Assembly (NCBI GenBank): GCA_963704725.1
Contig: OY969934.1
Location: 2,848,001-2,912,000, forward strand
Length of the DNA: 64,000 bases
Source: an uncultured Actinomycetes bacterium
Lineage (GTDB): Bacteria; Actinomycetota; UBA4738; HRBIN12
Reading direction: 5' to 3'
Positions 36,474 through 46,729 of this stretch are shown here, in pieces. The notes below the pieces were generated by a model. It made no database searches. It had not been told where the DNA came from and was given only the letters and a program-made list of their open reading frames with translations. Each line of letters starts with the position of its first letter. Within the stretch, counting starts at the first letter, position 1. Position numbers and translations under genes: made by a program.

Positions 36474-37576
36474 GAGAGGTGCTCCCTCGGCACGCGCTCG
36501 GAGATCGCCGTGACGATCTCGTATCCGATCGTGCCGACGTGCCCGGCGAGCTCCTCGGCGGTGATCCGTTCGCCCCCCTGGGAGCCGATCAGGACCACTT
36601 CGTCGCCCGCCTCCACGGGCTCGTCGCCGCAGTCCACGAGGATCTGGTCCATCGTCACCGTGCCGGCCACTCGGTGGCGACGCCCTCGGATCAGCACGTC
36701 CGCCTTCGAGGACAACGCGCGCTGGTACCCGTCCTCGTACCCGACGGGGACCGTGGCCACGGTGGCGTCCCGCTCCAGCGTGTAGCGCCACCCGTACGAG
36801 AGCCGCTCGCCGGCGGGCAGGCGCTTGACCATCGTCACCGCCGAGCGCCACGTGAGAGCCGGCCGGAGCCCGAAGGCCGGACCGATCCCCCCGCCCGGGT
36901 CGATCCCGTAGACGGCAGCCCCGGGGCGCACCAGGTCCAGGCGGCTCTGGGGGAAGCGGATCGTGGCGGCGCTGTTCGCGGCGTGCAGGCACGCGGGAAC
37001 GGCGCCCTCGCGGGCCAGGACGTCGCGCGCCTCGAGCAGCCTCCGGAGCTGCTCCCGCGTTCCGGCCTCGTCCTCCTCCGACGCCGCGAAGTGGGTCCAC
37101 AACCCCTCGAGCCCCAGGCCCGCCGCGCGCACGGCGGAGGCGAAGGCGCCGGCGGCCGATGCAGGCCACAGCCCCACGCGGTGCATCCCGGTATCGAGCT
37201 TGAGGTGAACGCCCACGGGGCGGCCGAGGGACCCCGCGGCCTCGGCCAGACCGGCCAGGCCGTCCCCGGTGTACACGGAGGGCGTGAGGGCGGCGGCGAG
37301 GGCCTCCTTCTCGGCTCCCGGAGGGAACTCGGACAGCACGAGGATGGGGGCGTCGATGCCGCGCTCGCGCAGGTCGATGCCCTCCTCCACGAGCGCGACG
37401 CCGATCCGCGTCGCTCCCGCCTCGAGCGCGGCCCTGGCCACGGGCGCGGCACCGTGCCCGTACCCGTCCGCCTTCACCACGGCCAGGAGCTCGGCGCGGG
37501 CCGGCTTCAGGAGCCGCACGTTGTGACGCACGGCGTCGAGGTCGACCTCGACCACGGTCGGGCGGAATCGCGTCAC
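36470..37576 (-). CDS. alr: Alanine racemase
   Basis: AVVKADGYGHG, KLDTGMHRVG, ANSAA, VRPG, GYEDG, TIGYE. Confidence 0.97.
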   Translation of the reverse strand: MTRFRPTVVEVDLDAVRHNVRLLKPARAELLAVVKADGYGHGAAPVARAALEAGATRIGVALVEEGIDLRERGIDAPILVLSEFPPGAEKEALAAALTPSVYTGDGLAGLAEAAGSLGRPVGVHLKLDTGMHRVGLWPASAAGAFASAVRAAGLGLEGLWTHFAASEEDEAGTREQLRRLLEARDVLAREGAVPACLHAANSAATIRFPQSRLDLVRPGAAVYGIDPGGGIGPAFGLRPALTWRSAVTMVKRLPAGERLSYGWRYTLERDATVATVPVGYEDGYQRALSSKADVLIRGRRHRVAGTVTMDQILVDCGDEPVEAGDEVVLIGSQGGERITAEELAGHVGTIGYEIVTAISERVPREHLS

Positions 37577-39096
37577 CGCCGCGTCACCTCGGCGACGGCC
37601 TGGGCGAGCCGGTCGAGCACGTCGCCGGCCGTTGCGCCCTCGCCGCGGACCTCGGCCGCCGCGGAGCCGGCCACGCCGTGGACGAACGCCGCCGCGGACG
37701 CGGCGTCCGCCGGCGCGAGCCCCCGGGCCAGCAGACCGGCGATCGCGCCGGTGAGCACGTCCCCCGTCCCACCGGTGGCGAGGAACGGCCCGCCCGTGGG
37801 GTTCACCCGCACCGTGCCGTCCGGGCTCGCCACGAGCGTGCGCGACCCCTTGAGCAGGACCACCGCCCGGGTCTGCGCGGCGAGCTCGCGCACCCGCGCC
37901 ACGCGATCCGCGGCGACCTCACGGGATCCCGCGCCGGCCAGCCGGGCGAACTCGCCGCCGTGCGGGGTGAGCACGAGCTCCGACTTGCGGTCGGCGAGCT
38001 CGGGCGCCCGGCCGGCGAAGGCGTTCAGTCCGTCGGCGTCGAGGACGACCGGGATCTCCGAGGTGCGGACGAGCTCGCGGATCCACGCCGCGGTGCGCTC
38101 GTCCGTCGTCATCCCCGGGCCGACGGCGAGGGCGTCGGCCTGCCCGAGGATCTCCTCCAGCCGGTCGCTGCCGCCCTCGATCGACCCCGCGTCGGTCTCC
38201 GGCAGCGGCGCGAACACGGCCTCGCGGATCGCGCCCTGGACCACCGGCAGGATCGAGGCCGGCACGGCCGCGGCGACCAGGCCGGCGCCGACCCGATAGG
38301 CCGCCCCGGCCATCAGGGCCACGGCGCCGGTCATGGTCCGCGACCCCCCGACCACGACCGCGTACCCCGCCGCCCGCTTGTGCGTGTCGGGCTCGCGGGC
38401 CGGGAGCCAGGCGACCACGTCCTCCTCCTCGACCAGGCCGAGCTCGCCGGCGACGAGGTCCGCGGGGAACCCGATGTCGGCGACCTCGACGACGCCGGAC
38501 CGCGCCGCCCCCGGGTGGAACACCACACCCGGCTTGGCCGCGCCGAACGTGACGGTCAGGTCCGCGCGAACCGCGTCGCCCGCCACCTCCCCCGTCGCGC
38601 CGTCCACCCCGGAGGGGATGTCGACGGCGACGACCGGCACGGCCCCGTCGAGGCCGCGGATCGCCTCGGCGTGGACCCCCTCCGGGACGCCGCGGAACCC
38701 GGTCCCAAAGATCGCGTCGACGGCCACGTCGGCCCGCGCCAACTCGCGGAGGGCGGCGACGGCCGTCCACGGGCGCACCCGGACGCGCGTCGCGCCCAGG
38801 CGCTCACGGTTGGACGCCGCCGGCTCGCGGAGATCCGTCTCCGGCTCGAGCAGCAGCACGCAGACGCCCATGCCCCACGACGCGAGGTACCGCGCCGCGA
38901 CGAACCCGTCGCCCCCGTTGTTCCCCCGGCCGCACACGACGACGGCCCGGCGCCCGTAGCTCCCGCCGGCCAGGCGGACGGCGGCGCTCGCGACCTCGCG
39001 GCCCGCCCGTTCCATCAGCGCCGAGGCCGGCACGCCTCGCTCCTGCGAGGCCCGGTCGAGCTCGGCCGCCTCGGCCGGCGACAGGATCGGCCTCAC
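37573..39096 (-). CDS. nnr: Bifunctional NAD(P)H-hydrate epimerase/dehydratase
   Basis: GRGNNGGDG, DAIFGTG, DIPSG, LDADGLN, TPHGGE, ATGGTGDVL. Confidence 0.95.
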   Translation of the reverse strand: MRPILSPAEAAELDRASQERGVPASALMERAGREVASAAVRLAGGSYGRRAVVVCGRGNNGGDGFVAARYLASWGMGVCVLLLEPETDLREPAASNRERLGATRVRVRPWTAVAALRELARADVAVDAIFGTGFRGVPEGVHAEAIRGLDGAVPVVAVDIPSGVDGATGEVAGDAVRADLTVTFGAAKPGVVFHPGAARSGVVEVADIGFPADLVAGELGLVEEEDVVAWLPAREPDTHKRAAGYAVVVGGSRTMTGAVALMAGAAYRVGAGLVAAAVPASILPVVQGAIREAVFAPLPETDAGSIEGGSDRLEEILGQADALAVGPGMTTDERTAAWIRELVRTSEIPVVLDADGLNAFAGRAPELADRKSELVLTPHGGEFARLAGAGSREVAADRVARVRELAAQTRAVVLLKGSRTLVASPDGTVRVNPTGGPFLATGGTGDVLTGAIAGLLARGLAPADAASAAAFVHGVAGSAAAEVRGEGATAGDVLDRLAQAVAEVTRR

Positions 39097-39473
39097 CCGC
39101 GCACCGCCACCGCGAACGCGACCGCGCTCGTCCGCTCGTGGGTGAAGGTGACGAGGATGCGGTCGATCCCGAGCCGATCGGCCCGCTGCTTCGCGTTGCC
39201 CTCGAGTCGGATCGACGGCGCGCCCGAGGGGGCGCGCGTCACGCTGATGTCGTGCCAGCCCTTCCCCCGGTAGCCGCCCATCGCCTTGATGACGGCCTCC
39301 CGCGCCGCGAACCGCCCGGCGTAGGACTCGGCGGGGCGAGCCTTCCCGTCGCAGTACGCGATCTCCTCCGGCGTGAAGACCCGCTGGCGCATCGTGGGAT
39401 GCCGCTCCAGGGCCCGTTCCATGCGCGCGATGTCGCAGATGTCCACGCCGAGGCCGAGGATCTCCACGGCCAC
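39093..39473 (-). CDS. acpS: Holo-ACP synthase
   Basis: GLGVDI, VFTPEE, GRFAAREAVIKA, TH. Confidence 0.93.
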   Translation of the reverse strand: MAVEILGLGVDICDIARMERALERHPTMRQRVFTPEEIAYCDGKARPAESYAGRFAAREAVIKAMGGYRGKGWHDISVTRAPSGAPSIRLEGNAKQRADRLGIDRILVTFTHERTSAVAFAVAVRG

Positions 39474-39504
39474 ACTCTAGCCAGCGAGGGCGGCCCCGGA
39501 GGGG

Positions 39505-41328
39505 CTACTCGACGGTGACGCTCTTGGCCAGGTTCCGGGGCTGGTCGACGTCGCAGCCGCGGAGCTTGGCGACGTGGTAGGCCAGGAGCTGCAGGGGCGG
39601 GGTCACCACCACGGGCGCCAGCAGCTCGGGGACGCGCGGGACGAACAGGACGTGCTCGGCGTACCGGCCGATCTCCTCGTCGCCCACGCTGGCCACGGCG
39701 ATCACGAGGGCGCCGCGGGCCCGCACCTCCTGGATGTTCGAAAGCATCTTGGGATACACGTGGCACTCGGTCGCCACGGCCACGACCGGCACGCCCTCCT
39801 CGACGAGCGCGATCGGCCCGTGCTTCAGCTCGCCGGCGGCGTAGCCCTCGGCATGGACGTAGCTGATCTCCTTCAGCTTCAGGGCGCCCTCGAGGGCGGC
39901 GGGGAAGCCCGTGTGGCGGCCGATGAACAGCACGTCCCGCGCGTCGCGGATCCGCTCGGCGATCCCGCGGACCTGCTCATCGAGCGCGAGGGTGGCCTCG
40001 ACCTGGTCGGGCAGCTCGCGCATCCGCTCGACGACCTCGCCGACCTCGTCGGGGAACATCGGCCCGCCGACCTGCGCGAGGTACAGCGCCACGAGATGCA
40101 GCGCGACCATCTGGGTGGCGAACGTCTTCGTCGCGGCGACGCCGATCTCCGGCCCGGCGTGCGTGTACATGACGGCGTCGGCCTCCCGCGCGAGCGAGGA
40201 GCCGACGGTGTTCGTCACGGCCAGCACCCGCGAGCCCTGCCGGCGCGCGTGGCGCGCGGCCTCGAGCGTGTCGATCGTCTCGCCCGACTGGCTCACGGCG
40301 AGGGTCAGCGTGTCGGGCCCCAGCACCGGGTCGCGGTAGCGGAACTCCGAGGCGATGTCGATCTCGACAGGGATGCGCGTCCAGTGCTCGATCGCGTACT
40401 TGGCCACCAGGCCCGAGTGGAACGCCGTGCCGCACGCCACGACGAACACCTTGTTCACGTTGCGCAGGAGGTCGGGGTCGACGTGGACCTCGTCGAGCGT
40501 GAGCATCCCCCGCTCGTTCAGGCGGCCGACGAGCGTGTCGCGGATCGCCGCCGGCTGCTCGTCGATCTCCTTGCGCATGAAGTCGTCGTAGCCGCTCCGC
40601 TGCGCGTGGGCGACGTCCCAGCTCACCTCGAACGGCTCGACCGCGATCTCCGCGCCGTCGAAGTCCGTGACCCGCACCGAGTCGGCGCGCACCTCGACCA
40701 CCTGGTGCTCGGCCAGCGGGAGCACGCGGCGGGTGCGCGAGAGCACCGCGGGGATGTCCGACGCGAGGACGTTCTCGCCGTCACCGAGCCCGACGATCAG
40801 CGGCGAGGAGACCTTCACGCCCACGATGACCTCCGGATCGTCGAGCGAGAGCACGACGAGCGCGTACGCGCCCTCGAGCTCGCGCACGGTCGCGCGCACG
40901 CGCTCGGGCAGTGGGCCCTCTTTCTCCTCGATCAGGTGGGCGACGGCCTCGGTGTCGGTGTCCGAGCTCAGGGTGTGGCCGCGCTTCTCCAGGTCCGCCC
41001 GCAGCGAGGCGAAGTTCTCGACGATCCCGTTGTGGATCACCGCGATCCGACCCGCGCAGTCGACGTGGGGGTGCGCGTTCCGGTCGGTGGGGGCTCCGTG
41101 CGTCGCCCACCGCGTGTGGCCCATCCCCACGGTGCCGGGTGGCGGGGCCTGCTCAGCCAGCGCGCCGTCGAGCTCGGACAGCTTGCCCGAACGCTTGACC
41201 ACGGCCAGGCCGTGATCGATCAGCGCCACGCCGGCGGAGTCGTACCCGCGGTACTCGAGGCGTCGAAGACCCTCGAGGATGACGGGGAGCGCCTGGTCGG
41301 GGCCCACGTAGCCCACGATGCCGCACAT
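39505..41328 (-). CDS. glmS: Glutamine-fructose-6-phosphate transaminase
   Basis: MCGIVG, LEYRGYDSAG, HTRWATHG, SQSGET, PRNLAKSVTVE. Confidence 0.98.
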   Translation of the reverse strand: MCGIVGYVGPDQALPVILEGLRRLEYRGYDSAGVALIDHGLAVVKRSGKLSELDGALAEQAPPPGTVGMGHTRWATHGAPTDRNAHPHVDCAGRIAVIHNGIVENFASLRADLEKRGHTLSSDTDTEAVAHLIEEKEGPLPERVRATVRELEGAYALVVLSLDDPEVIVGVKVSSPLIVGLGDGENVLASDIPAVLSRTRRVLPLAEHQVVEVRADSVRVTDFDGAEIAVEPFEVSWDVAHAQRSGYDDFMRKEIDEQPAAIRDTLVGRLNERGMLTLDEVHVDPDLLRNVNKVFVVACGTAFHSGLVAKYAIEHWTRIPVEIDIASEFRYRDPVLGPDTLTLAVSQSGETIDTLEAARHARRQGSRVLAVTNTVGSSLAREADAVMYTHAGPEIGVAATKTFATQMVALHLVALYLAQVGGPMFPDEVGEVVERMRELPDQVEATLALDEQVRGIAERIRDARDVLFIGRHTGFPAALEGALKLKEISYVHAEGYAAGELKHGPIALVEEGVPVVAVATECHVYPKMLSNIQEVRARGALVIAVASVGDEEIGRYAEHVLFVPRVPELLAPVVVTPPLQLLAYHVAKLRGCDVDQPRNLAKSVTVE

Positions 41329-41663
41329 CGGAACGCGAGGGTAGCAGGCCCACGATGCGATTGCGGCGGAGGCCGAATCCCTCCGCTCCCCGGGATCGAC
41401 GGCCGGATCGGCGGGCGTTGGGAGGCGTTGCGAGCCGCGTTCCCGGCCGCCCCCAGCAGCCGCTGCTCCTCGCGGTACACGAGCTCGGCGACCGCGGCGT
41501 CGACCGAGAAGCGAGCTCGCCGACGATCTCCGGCAGCGCCACGTCCCGAAGGCACCGCGGGTCGTGGGGCCCGTCCGCGGAGGCCCCCTTCCTGATCGCG
41601 GCTGGCCCCACGTGGGCGTCGACGAACGTCCCCGTCACGGACGAGCCGTTGAGGCTCGGCGCC

Positions 41664-44600
41664 TCAGGCCACGATCACCTGCCTCGTCGTCGTCCCCGAC
41701 CGCTTCCACACGTCGCTCACCGTGAGCGTCACCGTGTATGTGCCCGCGGCCGCGTAGGTGTGGGACGGCGTCGACGACGTGCTTGTCGGCGTGCCGTCGC
41801 CGAAGTCCCACAGGTAGGTCATGGCGTCGCCGTTCGGATCCGTCGACCCGATGCCCGAGAACGAGCAGACCAACCCCGTGCAGACCGGGCTGCTGATCAG
41901 CGGCGCCGGCGCCGCGTTGTCCGACGGCTCGGTCCGGGTGATCTGGATCCACGTGCTCGCCGACCTCCCCCACCCGTCGGTCACCGTGAGCGTGACGGTG
42001 TAGGTGCCCGAGGCGGAGAACGTATGGGAGAGCGCCGTCGACGTGCTCGTCGGGGTCCCGTCGCCGAAGTCCCACACCCGGGTGAACGTGTCGCCCACGT
42101 TCGGGTCCGTGGACGCCGCGCTTGAGAGGTTGCACGTCAGCCCGGCGCACGACGGTGTGCTGATCACTGGCGTCGGGGCGACGTTCCCGGTCGGCTCCGC
42201 GATCGTCACGGTCTGGGAGGACGAGCCCGTGGCGCCGTACTCGTCCCTCACCGTCAGCGTCACCGTGAACGCGCCGGCGGCCGTGTACGTCCGCGTCGGC
42301 ACGGGCCCCGATCCCGACCCGTTGCCGAAGTTCCAGGAGTACGTGAGGGTCACCGCGTGCTCGTCGGTCGACGACCGGCCGTCGAACGAGCACACGTTCT
42401 GGACGCAGCTGTACGTGAAGCTCGCGACGGGCGGGTCGTTCGGCGGCACCTGCACCGTCACGCCGCGCTCGATCGGAGGCGTCGTGGAGAAGCCGTGTTG
42501 GTCGACACCGCGCGCGAAGACCGTGTAGGCGCCCGCCGGGATCGCCGGCGACGTGTAGGCGAAGCTCGACCCGGGCGAGCCGGGACTGTTCAGGAACGCG
42601 GTTCGCCAGCTCTGCGTCGTGCTGGTGAACGTACCGGTCGAGCTCATGTACCGGCCGAGGCTGTCCCGGATCGAGACCTGCACGGACGCCATCTGCTGGT
42701 CGTCCTCGAATCGGCCGCTCACGAGGATCCTCGCGTCGGTGAAGACGGCGCCCTCGGAGGGGGCAAACACCTCCGTCGAGGACAGCGCCGGAGGCGTGTC
42801 GCCGGGGAAGACGACGTATCGAGCGGTCGCCCCCGACGTGGAGGCGTCCTGTTGGTCCGACGTGTCGAAGGCGAACGCCGTAACCGAGTAGTCGCCGGCG
42901 TTCGGCAGGTCGACGGCCAGCGACCAGCTCGAGCTCGTCGCATTCGGGTTGGCGAGCGTCGCGACGAGCCCGGAAAACAAAGCGCCCATCGTGCCGTTCG
43001 GCTGGACGTACAGGCTGGTATCGCGGTCCTGGATCGACACCTGTACGGCCTTGACGCCCATGTCGTCGGTCGCCGTGCCGGTCAGGTCGAGGTGCAGCAC
43101 CTGCAGGCCGGTTTGGGTACCGGTGACGTCGAGCCCTGTGTCCGGGAAGGCGTCGCCGGGGACCTGGACGGTGATCGTCAGGGATCCGCGGTTCGCCGAT
43201 GAGGTGGTGAGCTCCAGGTTGTCGGTCGCCCGGACCTGGAAGGTGTACAGGCCGGGCTTGAGGTTGAACGGCGTCGTGTACGACCAGTTGTAGCTGGTCC
43301 CCGTGAGGTTCAGCGGAGTGATCCGGTACCACCCCGCAACCACGCCCGCTCCCCACGTGCCGTCCGAGGCGAGGTTCTCCCGGGTGACGGAGTTGCGCAG
43401 CGAGACCTCGACGCTCCTCAGGGCCTGGTCGTCGGTTGCGGACCCCGAGAAGCTCACCGGATTCCCGGGCGACATCGTCAGCGGGCTCGCCGGCGTCGGC
43501 GGATTCATCACGGCCGGCGTCGTAATCGACACACTCGGCGCGATGGCGTTCGCGCTCACGAGCCACGTGCGCACCGAGCTTCGCAGGTCGGACTGACCCG
43601 TGGTGTCGACCGCCGTCGCCTGCATCTTCCACTCGCCCTCGAACGGAACCGTCCACTCCCACGACCACGTGGCGTTCGTCGCGCCGATGACGTCGGGGGC
43701 GCCGCGGAAGGAGTTGTAGATGGGGTCGACCGTCCCGTCGTCCTGCAGGTATCGCTCCTGCTCGTCCTGCAGCGAATACCTGATCGAGTTGACGCCGAGG
43801 TCGTCCTGTGCCGTACCGGTCGCGGTGAAGGTCAGCGTTGGGATCACCGCAGCGGTGGGACCCGTGATCGACGTCGTGGGGGTGGCGTCCGCCAACCCGA
43901 ACGTCTCGAACTTCTTGGTCGGAAGGGAGTTCTCACGGCTTCCGTTCACGCCGAACGTCCGTGACCGGACCAGCAGCGTTCGGTTCCCCGAGATCGTGTA
44001 CGGCAGGGACCATGCCGTCGACGTCGCGCCCGGCGACACGAGGTTCGCGTTGATCGCGTTGAACGCCGTCGACCACGTCACGAGGTCGTCCTGGAGCCAT
44101 CGCTGCGGACTCCCGCGCTGGATCATCTCCACCTGCACACGCTGGACGCCGCTGTTGGCGCTCGCCGTGCCGTCGACGACGAACTCGACGTCGGCCTCCT
44201 CCACGCGGCCCTCGATCGGGTTCACGATCCTCGACTCGTTCGCCTCGGGCGCCGGGAGCGTGTCGAGGTCGTAGAAGGCGACCCGCCCGGTAGTCACGTC
44301 GCCCTGGAGGTTGCCGTCACCTCCCGCGAAGAGGCCGCGGGGAGTGACGAGCATGGCCTCGTTCCCGTGCGACGAGTTCGACCCGGGGTTCCACTCGAGC
44401 GCGTGTCCCGTGACGGGGTCGAGCGCGGCGATGTGATCGACCCGGACGACCTCGTCGCCGAGCCCGTAGCCGGACAGTCCCTGACCCGTGCCGTAGCCGA
44501 CGTCGTCGAGCCCGGGCCACGGGTCCGGAGCGGTCGGCGACTCGGTGAACTGGAAGTGGCCGCCGATGTACACGGCGACCTCGCTGATCGCGATCGAGTA

Positions 44601-46463
44601 GATGCTGTCGAAGTTCCGCGTGATCCATAGTGGCTGCACGCCCTCGCCACCGTCGATCGGGAAGGCGATCGCGGTATCGCTGATCGGCGGGGCGTCGCCG
44701 CCGTTGCCCGACGTCACGACGAAGTACTGGTCGTTCGGAGCGATCGCCCCCGCGAAGATCCGCTGGATCCCTCCGACGGCCTGGAGGTTGTCCGCCCAGA
44801 TCGTGGAGTGCCACGGAAGCAGCTGATTGGTCCGTAGGTCGATCAGGGCGACGCCGTGCCGGTCCTGCCCGTTGACCTGTCGTCCGGTGTGGACGACGAC
44901 CAGCTTGGTTCCGTCGTGCGTGACCACGAGTGCGTGGACGGTCAGACGACCCTCCGTGGCGATGCCGCCGGAGATGTTGTTGACGAAGCTGGAGACGACC
45001 TGGCCGGTACCGGCGTTCACCGCCGCGAGGCCGACATGCGGCTCGCCGTTGACGGCGGTGAAGTCGCCGCCCAGGTAGACGGTGGTGTTCGTCGCATCGA
45101 CCGATTCGACGACGGCGCTCGCGTTCGCAGTGAAGCCGGCGATCGTTGCACCCGTCGTGGGGTTGAGCGCGACGACCTTGCGCTTCGTTACGCCGTTCAC
45201 GGTGTTGAACCGACCGACAGCGTAGAGCCTGGTGCCGTCGGGCGACGCTTCGATCTCGTTGATGCTGCCGTCGAACGTGGGGCGGAAGGCCGTGTCGACG
45301 AGCCCCGAGTCGATGTTGTACGCCGCGAGCCTTGGCTGATTCACCGTGGTCGTGTTGGTCGGCGTATTGTTCCGGATCGAGGTGAACGACCCGACGATGA
45401 ACACCCGGTTCCCGATGGCTTCGATATCCGTGACGCGGCCCGACGTGATCCGCGGAAGGTTGTTCCGCGCCGTGGCGGGGACAAGTGTCGTGTGGCCCGG
45501 ACCCGGTTGCGGCACCGGCGAGGAGACCGTGATCGACGCCGACGGGGGGCTCTTGGCGCTCGCGTTGTTGGCCGCGTCGACGGCGTCGACCGTGTAGGTG
45601 TGGGTCGACCCGTTCGCGAGACCCGTGTCGCCGAATGAGGTGGCGGTCGTCGCTCCGACCGGCGTCGCCCCCCCGTCACGGTAGATGCGGTAGGTGATCG
45701 GTTGCGACGCGTCCGTGGACGCGGCCCAGGAGATCTGGATGGTGCCCGGCAGGGGGCTGCTTCCCGTGGGCTGGCCCGGCGTGGTGGGGGGCGTCGTGTC
45801 CGCCACGCCCTCGTCGCCGACCGACTGGTCGAGGATCACATGGTCGAAGTTGGCGGTGAACGTCTTGGCCGAGTTGTCGCCGATCATGATCCGGCCCACC
45901 GGCGTCGTGCCGGTATTGGCCTGCCACGCGTTCACGATCCGGATCTGGTCCCGGTACAGGTCCCACGTCGAGCTCGTTCCGATCGAGCCGCAGACCTCGA
46001 CGTTGTGCCAGCCCGATCCCAGTGCCACACCCGAGACCCTCTGCGTGCCCGACGCGTCGGAGCGGATCGCGAGCGCACCCGCCGACGTCACGAAGACCCT
46101 CAGGATCGCGCCGTTGGCCGCGGTGCGAAGGCGAAGCAACACGATGCTGGACCCCGACGCCAGGTTGACGTCCTCGCTCATGCACACCTGGGCGTAGGTC
46201 GACCCGAGCTGACGATCGGCGAACGCCGACTGACCCGTGACCTGCGCCCGCGCGCTCGGCGCGGCCGGCGAGCCGCTGCCGTTGTCGATCGTGAGCCGCG
46301 TCGCCGACGTCCAGTTGGAGAAGCTCCCGCTCGCGAAGTCGTCGGAGAAGATCGGCGCCGCAAGGGCCGGCGTCGCCACCGCCTCCAGCAGTCCGGCCAG
46401 TAGGACCGTGAGCCCCAGCAGCAAGATCGCGCGACGTCTGCCGTTGCGCCTTCGTACCCTCAT
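41664..46463 (-). CDS. Large secreted multidomain protein (ConA/LamG-like, FN3, beta-propeller, about 5 Ig-like, 3 PKD)
   Basis: Signal peptide (PALA-A); FN3 DTTPPTTP...YTVDAVD; repeats GTAxDD..V..V; three WxFGxG...YTVTLTVxD PKD units. Confidence 0.85.
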   Translation of the reverse strand: MRVRRRNGRRRAILLLGLTVLLAGLLEAVATPALAAPIFSDDFASGSFSNWTSATRLTIDNGSGSPAAPSARAQVTGQSAFADRQLGSTYAQVCMSEDVNLASGSSIVLLRLRTAANGAILRVFVTSAGALAIRSDASGTQRVSGVALGSGWHNVEVCGSIGTSSTWDLYRDQIRIVNAWQANTGTTPVGRIMIGDNSAKTFTANFDHVILDQSVGDEGVADTTPPTTPGQPTGSSPLPGTIQISWAASTDASQPITYRIYRDGGATPVGATTATSFGDTGLANGSTHTYTVDAVDAANNASAKSPPSASITVSSPVPQPGPGHTTLVPATARNNLPRITSGRVTDIEAIGNRVFIVGSFTSIRNNTPTNTTTVNQPRLAAYNIDSGLVDTAFRPTFDGSINEIEASPDGTRLYAVGRFNTVNGVTKRKVVALNPTTGATIAGFTANASAVVESVDATNTTVYLGGDFTAVNGEPHVGLAAVNAGTGQVVSSFVNNISGGIATEGRLTVHALVVTHDGTKLVVVHTGRQVNGQDRHGVALIDLRTNQLLPWHSTIWADNLQAVGGIQRIFAGAIAPNDQYFVVTSGNGGDAPPISDTAIAFPIDGGEGVQPLWITRNFDSIYSIAISEVAVYIGGHFQFTESPTAPDPWPGLDDVGYGTGQGLSGYGLGDEVVRVDHIAALDPVTGHALEWNPGSNSSHGNEAMLVTPRGLFAGGDGNLQGDVTTGRVAFYDLDTLPAPEANESRIVNPIEGRVEEADVEFVVDGTASANSGVQRVQVEMIQRGSPQRWLQDDLVTWSTAFNAINANLVSPGATSTAWSLPYTISGNRTLLVRSRTFGVNGSRENSLPTKKFETFGLADATPTTSITGPTAAVIPTLTFTATGTAQDDLGVNSIRYSLQDEQERYLQDDGTVDPIYNSFRGAPDVIGATNATWSWEWTVPFEGEWKMQATAVDTTGQSDLRSSVRTWLVSANAIAPSVSITTPAVMNPPTPASPLTMSPGNPVSFSGSATDDQALRSVEVSLRNSVTRENLASDGTWGAGVVAGWYRITPLNLTGTSYNWSYTTPFNLKPGLYTFQVRATDNLELTTSSANRGSLTITVQVPGDAFPDTGLDVTGTQTGLQVLHLDLTGTATDDMGVKAVQVSIQDRDTSLYVQPNGTMGALFSGLVATLANPNATSSSWSLAVDLPNAGDYSVTAFAFDTSDQQDASTSGATARYVVFPGDTPPALSSTEVFAPSEGAVFTDARILVSGRFEDDQQMASVQVSIRDSLGRYMSSTGTFTSTTQSWRTAFLNSPGSPGSSFAYTSPAIPAGAYTVFARGVDQHGFSTTPPIERGVTVQVPPNDPPVASFTYSCVQNVCSFDGRSSTDEHAVTLTYSWNFGNGSGSGPVPTRTYTAAGAFTVTLTVRDEYGATGSSSQTVTIAEPTGNVAPTPVISTPSCAGLTCNLSSAASTDPNVGDTFTRVWDFGDGTPTSTSTALSHTFSASGTYTVTLTVTDGWGRSASTWIQITRTEPSDNAAPAPLISSPVCTGLVCSFSGIGSTDPNGDAMTYLWDFGDGTPTSTSSTPSHTYAAAGTYTVTLTVSDVWKRSGTTTRQVIVA

Positions 46464-46680
46464 GACTACCCCCCGTTGCATGTCTTGTTGCACGTTCCGT
46501 CACTGTCCGGTCGACGATCACGTCTGAGCGGATCGGTCGACCGGATGCCAGCGGCGGACGCCCGAACAGGTGAGTTCGATTAGGGCAATCATGGCGGTTC
46601 AACCCCGCGCGGACCTCATCCGAACGGCTCATTTGCTGCCATCTGGTGGACGTTCGTCCTAAGCCACACGCCGACGCCGA

Positions 46681-46711
46681 GAGGGCCCGGCCGTGCCTCG
46701 GCCGGACCCTC
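46681..46711 (-). terminator. GC-rich hairpin after the GH26 gene
   Basis: GAGGGCCCGGCCG...CGGCCGGACCCTC inverted repeat about 20 nt after the stop; no U-tract. Confidence 0.4.
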
Positions 46712-46729
46712 GCGCCGCGCGGCCCGGGT

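Noticed and set aside
41329-41663. glmS ribozyme or small gene upstream of glmS
   Set aside because: No recognisable ribozyme core, and a TACCCT -10 element lies about 10 nt before the ATG, implying a very short leader. The protein-like fragments upstream are unassignable.
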